Assembly: GCF_036365525.1 (NCBI RefSeq)
Contig: NC_090372.1
Coordinates: 41,044,246-41,108,245, forward strand
Source of the DNA: Heterodontus francisci
Taxonomy: Eukaryota
Reading direction: 5' to 3'
Length of the DNA stretch: 64,000 bases
Shown here: in pieces, positions 62,050 to 64,000 of the stretch
Position numbering within the stretch: the first letter of the stretch is position 1
Layout of the letters: every line of letters starts with the position of its first letter
The notes under the pieces: generated by a model
What the model was told of the DNA's origin: nothing
What the model saw: the letters and a program-made list of their open reading frames with translations, nothing else
Database searches by the model: none
Translations under genes and position numbers: made by a program

Positions 62050-64000
62050 AAGTGGTGCTGAACTATAAATTTGATAAAGGAGGAAACTTAACTGTCAAAT
62101 ACCCCTGTGCATATCCTTAGGGAATTACAATTTCTTCAACTTGTTTTTCCTACCGCTTCTACATTGTGCATCCATGTGGCTTCAGCAGAAATAGAAGCAG
62201 GCTGCTTAGAGCCCTGCCTTGACTGCTGAGATGCTTTTGACTTACCCTTTTGGTTTCTGAGCCCCTCATGGCCCCACCAAAGACTGCTTTACCTTAATCT
62301 GTGCAGCAGCAGCTTTGGTTATCAGGAGATAAGGTAGCATGTTGGATACTGGTGAAGATCAGTGACACATTGTAAAGCCACAAATAAGATATCGGTCATC
62401 CTGTTTAAGGCAGGAAACAAGTTGGTGCCCAAAATTTGCATGGCCGTGATCATGGCCTGCATGGACTCATTTAATAGCCTTGCCTGAATCGCCATGGAAG
62501 TGGACTCTGTCTCCATGGCAGACACTCGCAATTTGCTGAGACACCAATCCACCCCAGCACTTGAGTTAGACTCCTCCATCCTCTGCTACTGTGGACAGTG
62601 TGTGTGGCATGTCTGTCAGTAACTGACTAAGCTACTATTGCACCTTTAGCATTCTCAATGACAGGCCCCAAGGTTCAGCATCTGCGGAGCAGAGCTTGGA
62701 GAGGATTTCACCCCTCTCACCATGTATTCTTAACAGCTATCCTGGTTACCAGTGGTTGCTCATGCTCAATTCTGAGGTGACAACTCATCTAACTGCTTAA
62801 ATGGACCCACTGAAGTGTGAGCATCTGTGAAAGTGCATGGCTGTTATCTCCGATGAGGTTACACCCTCCGTAGAAACAAGGTCCTCAGAGGAAATATCCT
62901 TAAGCATGTCCTGCAACACTTGCTGTAAGTGTGAAGACCCTAGAAGACAAAAGATAGTGTGTTGCAATCCATGGTGCAAGACCAGTGGACGAGTATTTAC
63001 TGACTCTTTTTTGAACAGATTACTTGTTGAACTCTGTTAAGTGAACTGAATCTGGTTTCAAAGCTTGTTTTTTTACTTTGAGAGAGACCCGGGCTTGAAA
63101 ATGAAACAAAACTTCAGGGATCTGGAGAACGAGAACTGATTGGAACCAGATAAAACAAACATCGGATCATTTGACTTGTGCTATTGAAGCTCAGATTTCA
63201 AGACCAATCATTCTAGGAGGCTACAGGCTGTTTGGCACAGTGTTGTTTTTTTGCAGCCCAGATGATGAAACTAGAAACTGATACTGGAAAATAAAAATTG
63301 AGGCAGCTGTTCTCAGTGACTTAAAAAGAGTTACGCAAGGTAAGACCAGTGGAGTTATGCCATGAAGGCTGTCATGAGCAAAACTACAGAAGTTCCAGAG
63401 GGGTGCGCAGTTTTGGTGGAGACGGCATTGGTGGAGTTCAGGATTGCAGGGGAACTGCAGTTGAATGGAAATCACCGTTTGTATCTTGGAGGAGAGTAGT
63501 TGGAAATATACCTAAAGAAGTTCATAGTTTTGAAGAACCTTGTGGCTATTCAGTGCCATCCTTGCTGAGAGGACTGCCCAGTAAATCTCTGAGATCTTTG
63601 AGAGAGAGAGACCATGATTAGATTGTTAATTCATGTTTAATTTACAATGATTTTGGTTTGATTGTTAATGCAAAATTTATAAAAGTGAAATCTTATCTGT
63701 ATGGTTTTCCTATTGGGATCAGTCAGTAAATTCAATTATTTTGGTTTATTGATATCCATGGGAATCGTAATATTAGGGATATGATTTAGTCCTGGCAAGG
63801 TCACAATCTTGACAATCAATATACTCAGGTCTTCTTAGTTCAGTCATTGACAAACTGAAGTCAGCATATGTGTTTGAAATAATTATAATTCTGTCACCAG
63901 CTGCCTGTCTCTCCATCTCAGACTGAGGGGAACACAGATGATCCACTGAACTCCAGAATTCCTCCTCCATGAGCTGTACTTTTGCAGTGGTCCACCTCCA
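62050..64000 (-). mobile_element. Third Harbinger Myb-gene copy (inverted relative to 56400-59030), running off the window
   Basis: 63780-63905 matches the reverse complement of 56630-56750; 62330-62440 matches the reverse complement of 58580-58670; MEESNSS..AMET..AIQA. Confidence 0.7.
62958..63772 (+). mobile_element. Probable solo LTR inside the Harbinger Myb intron
   Basis: tgttgcaatcc ... ggaatcgtaata termini; interrupts sequence that is contiguous at 56745-56775. Confidence 0.5.

Noticed and set aside
1-64000. CRISPR arrays, operons or prokaryotic defence systems
   Set aside because: The sequence is eukaryotic and TE-rich; no regularly spaced repeat-spacer array was seen.

Overview
Repeat-dense vertebrate genomic DNA, almost certainly from a cartilaginous fish (shark). 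This is inferred from HE1-type V-SINEs sharing a 3' tail with CR1/HER1 LINEs and from SacSINE1-type Deu-SINEs. Most of the window is decayed and nested transposons: CR1, a second CR1/L2-group LINE, L2, RTE, Penelope-like elements, PIF/Harbinger elements and their MITEs, three solo LTRs, and a two-LTR Ty1/copia (GalEa-like) provirus at 40126-47673. The only host coding sequence I recognise is the terminal exon of a GCNT7/GCNT2-type beta-1,6-GlcNAc transferase (minus, 39406-39653); I did not find its upstream exons in the window. Directly downstream on the same strand I can assemble a phase-consistent exon chain (36774-36560, 29590-29505, 25900-25848, from 24235/24232) encoding a small Cys-rich protein I do not recognise. 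It uses a GC-AG intron and a NAGNAG acceptor and has a possible stop-disrupted leader exon just 3' of the GCNT stop. This is the best novelty candidate, but it is a manual prediction. Element boundaries are by eye unless a TSD or TIR is quoted.
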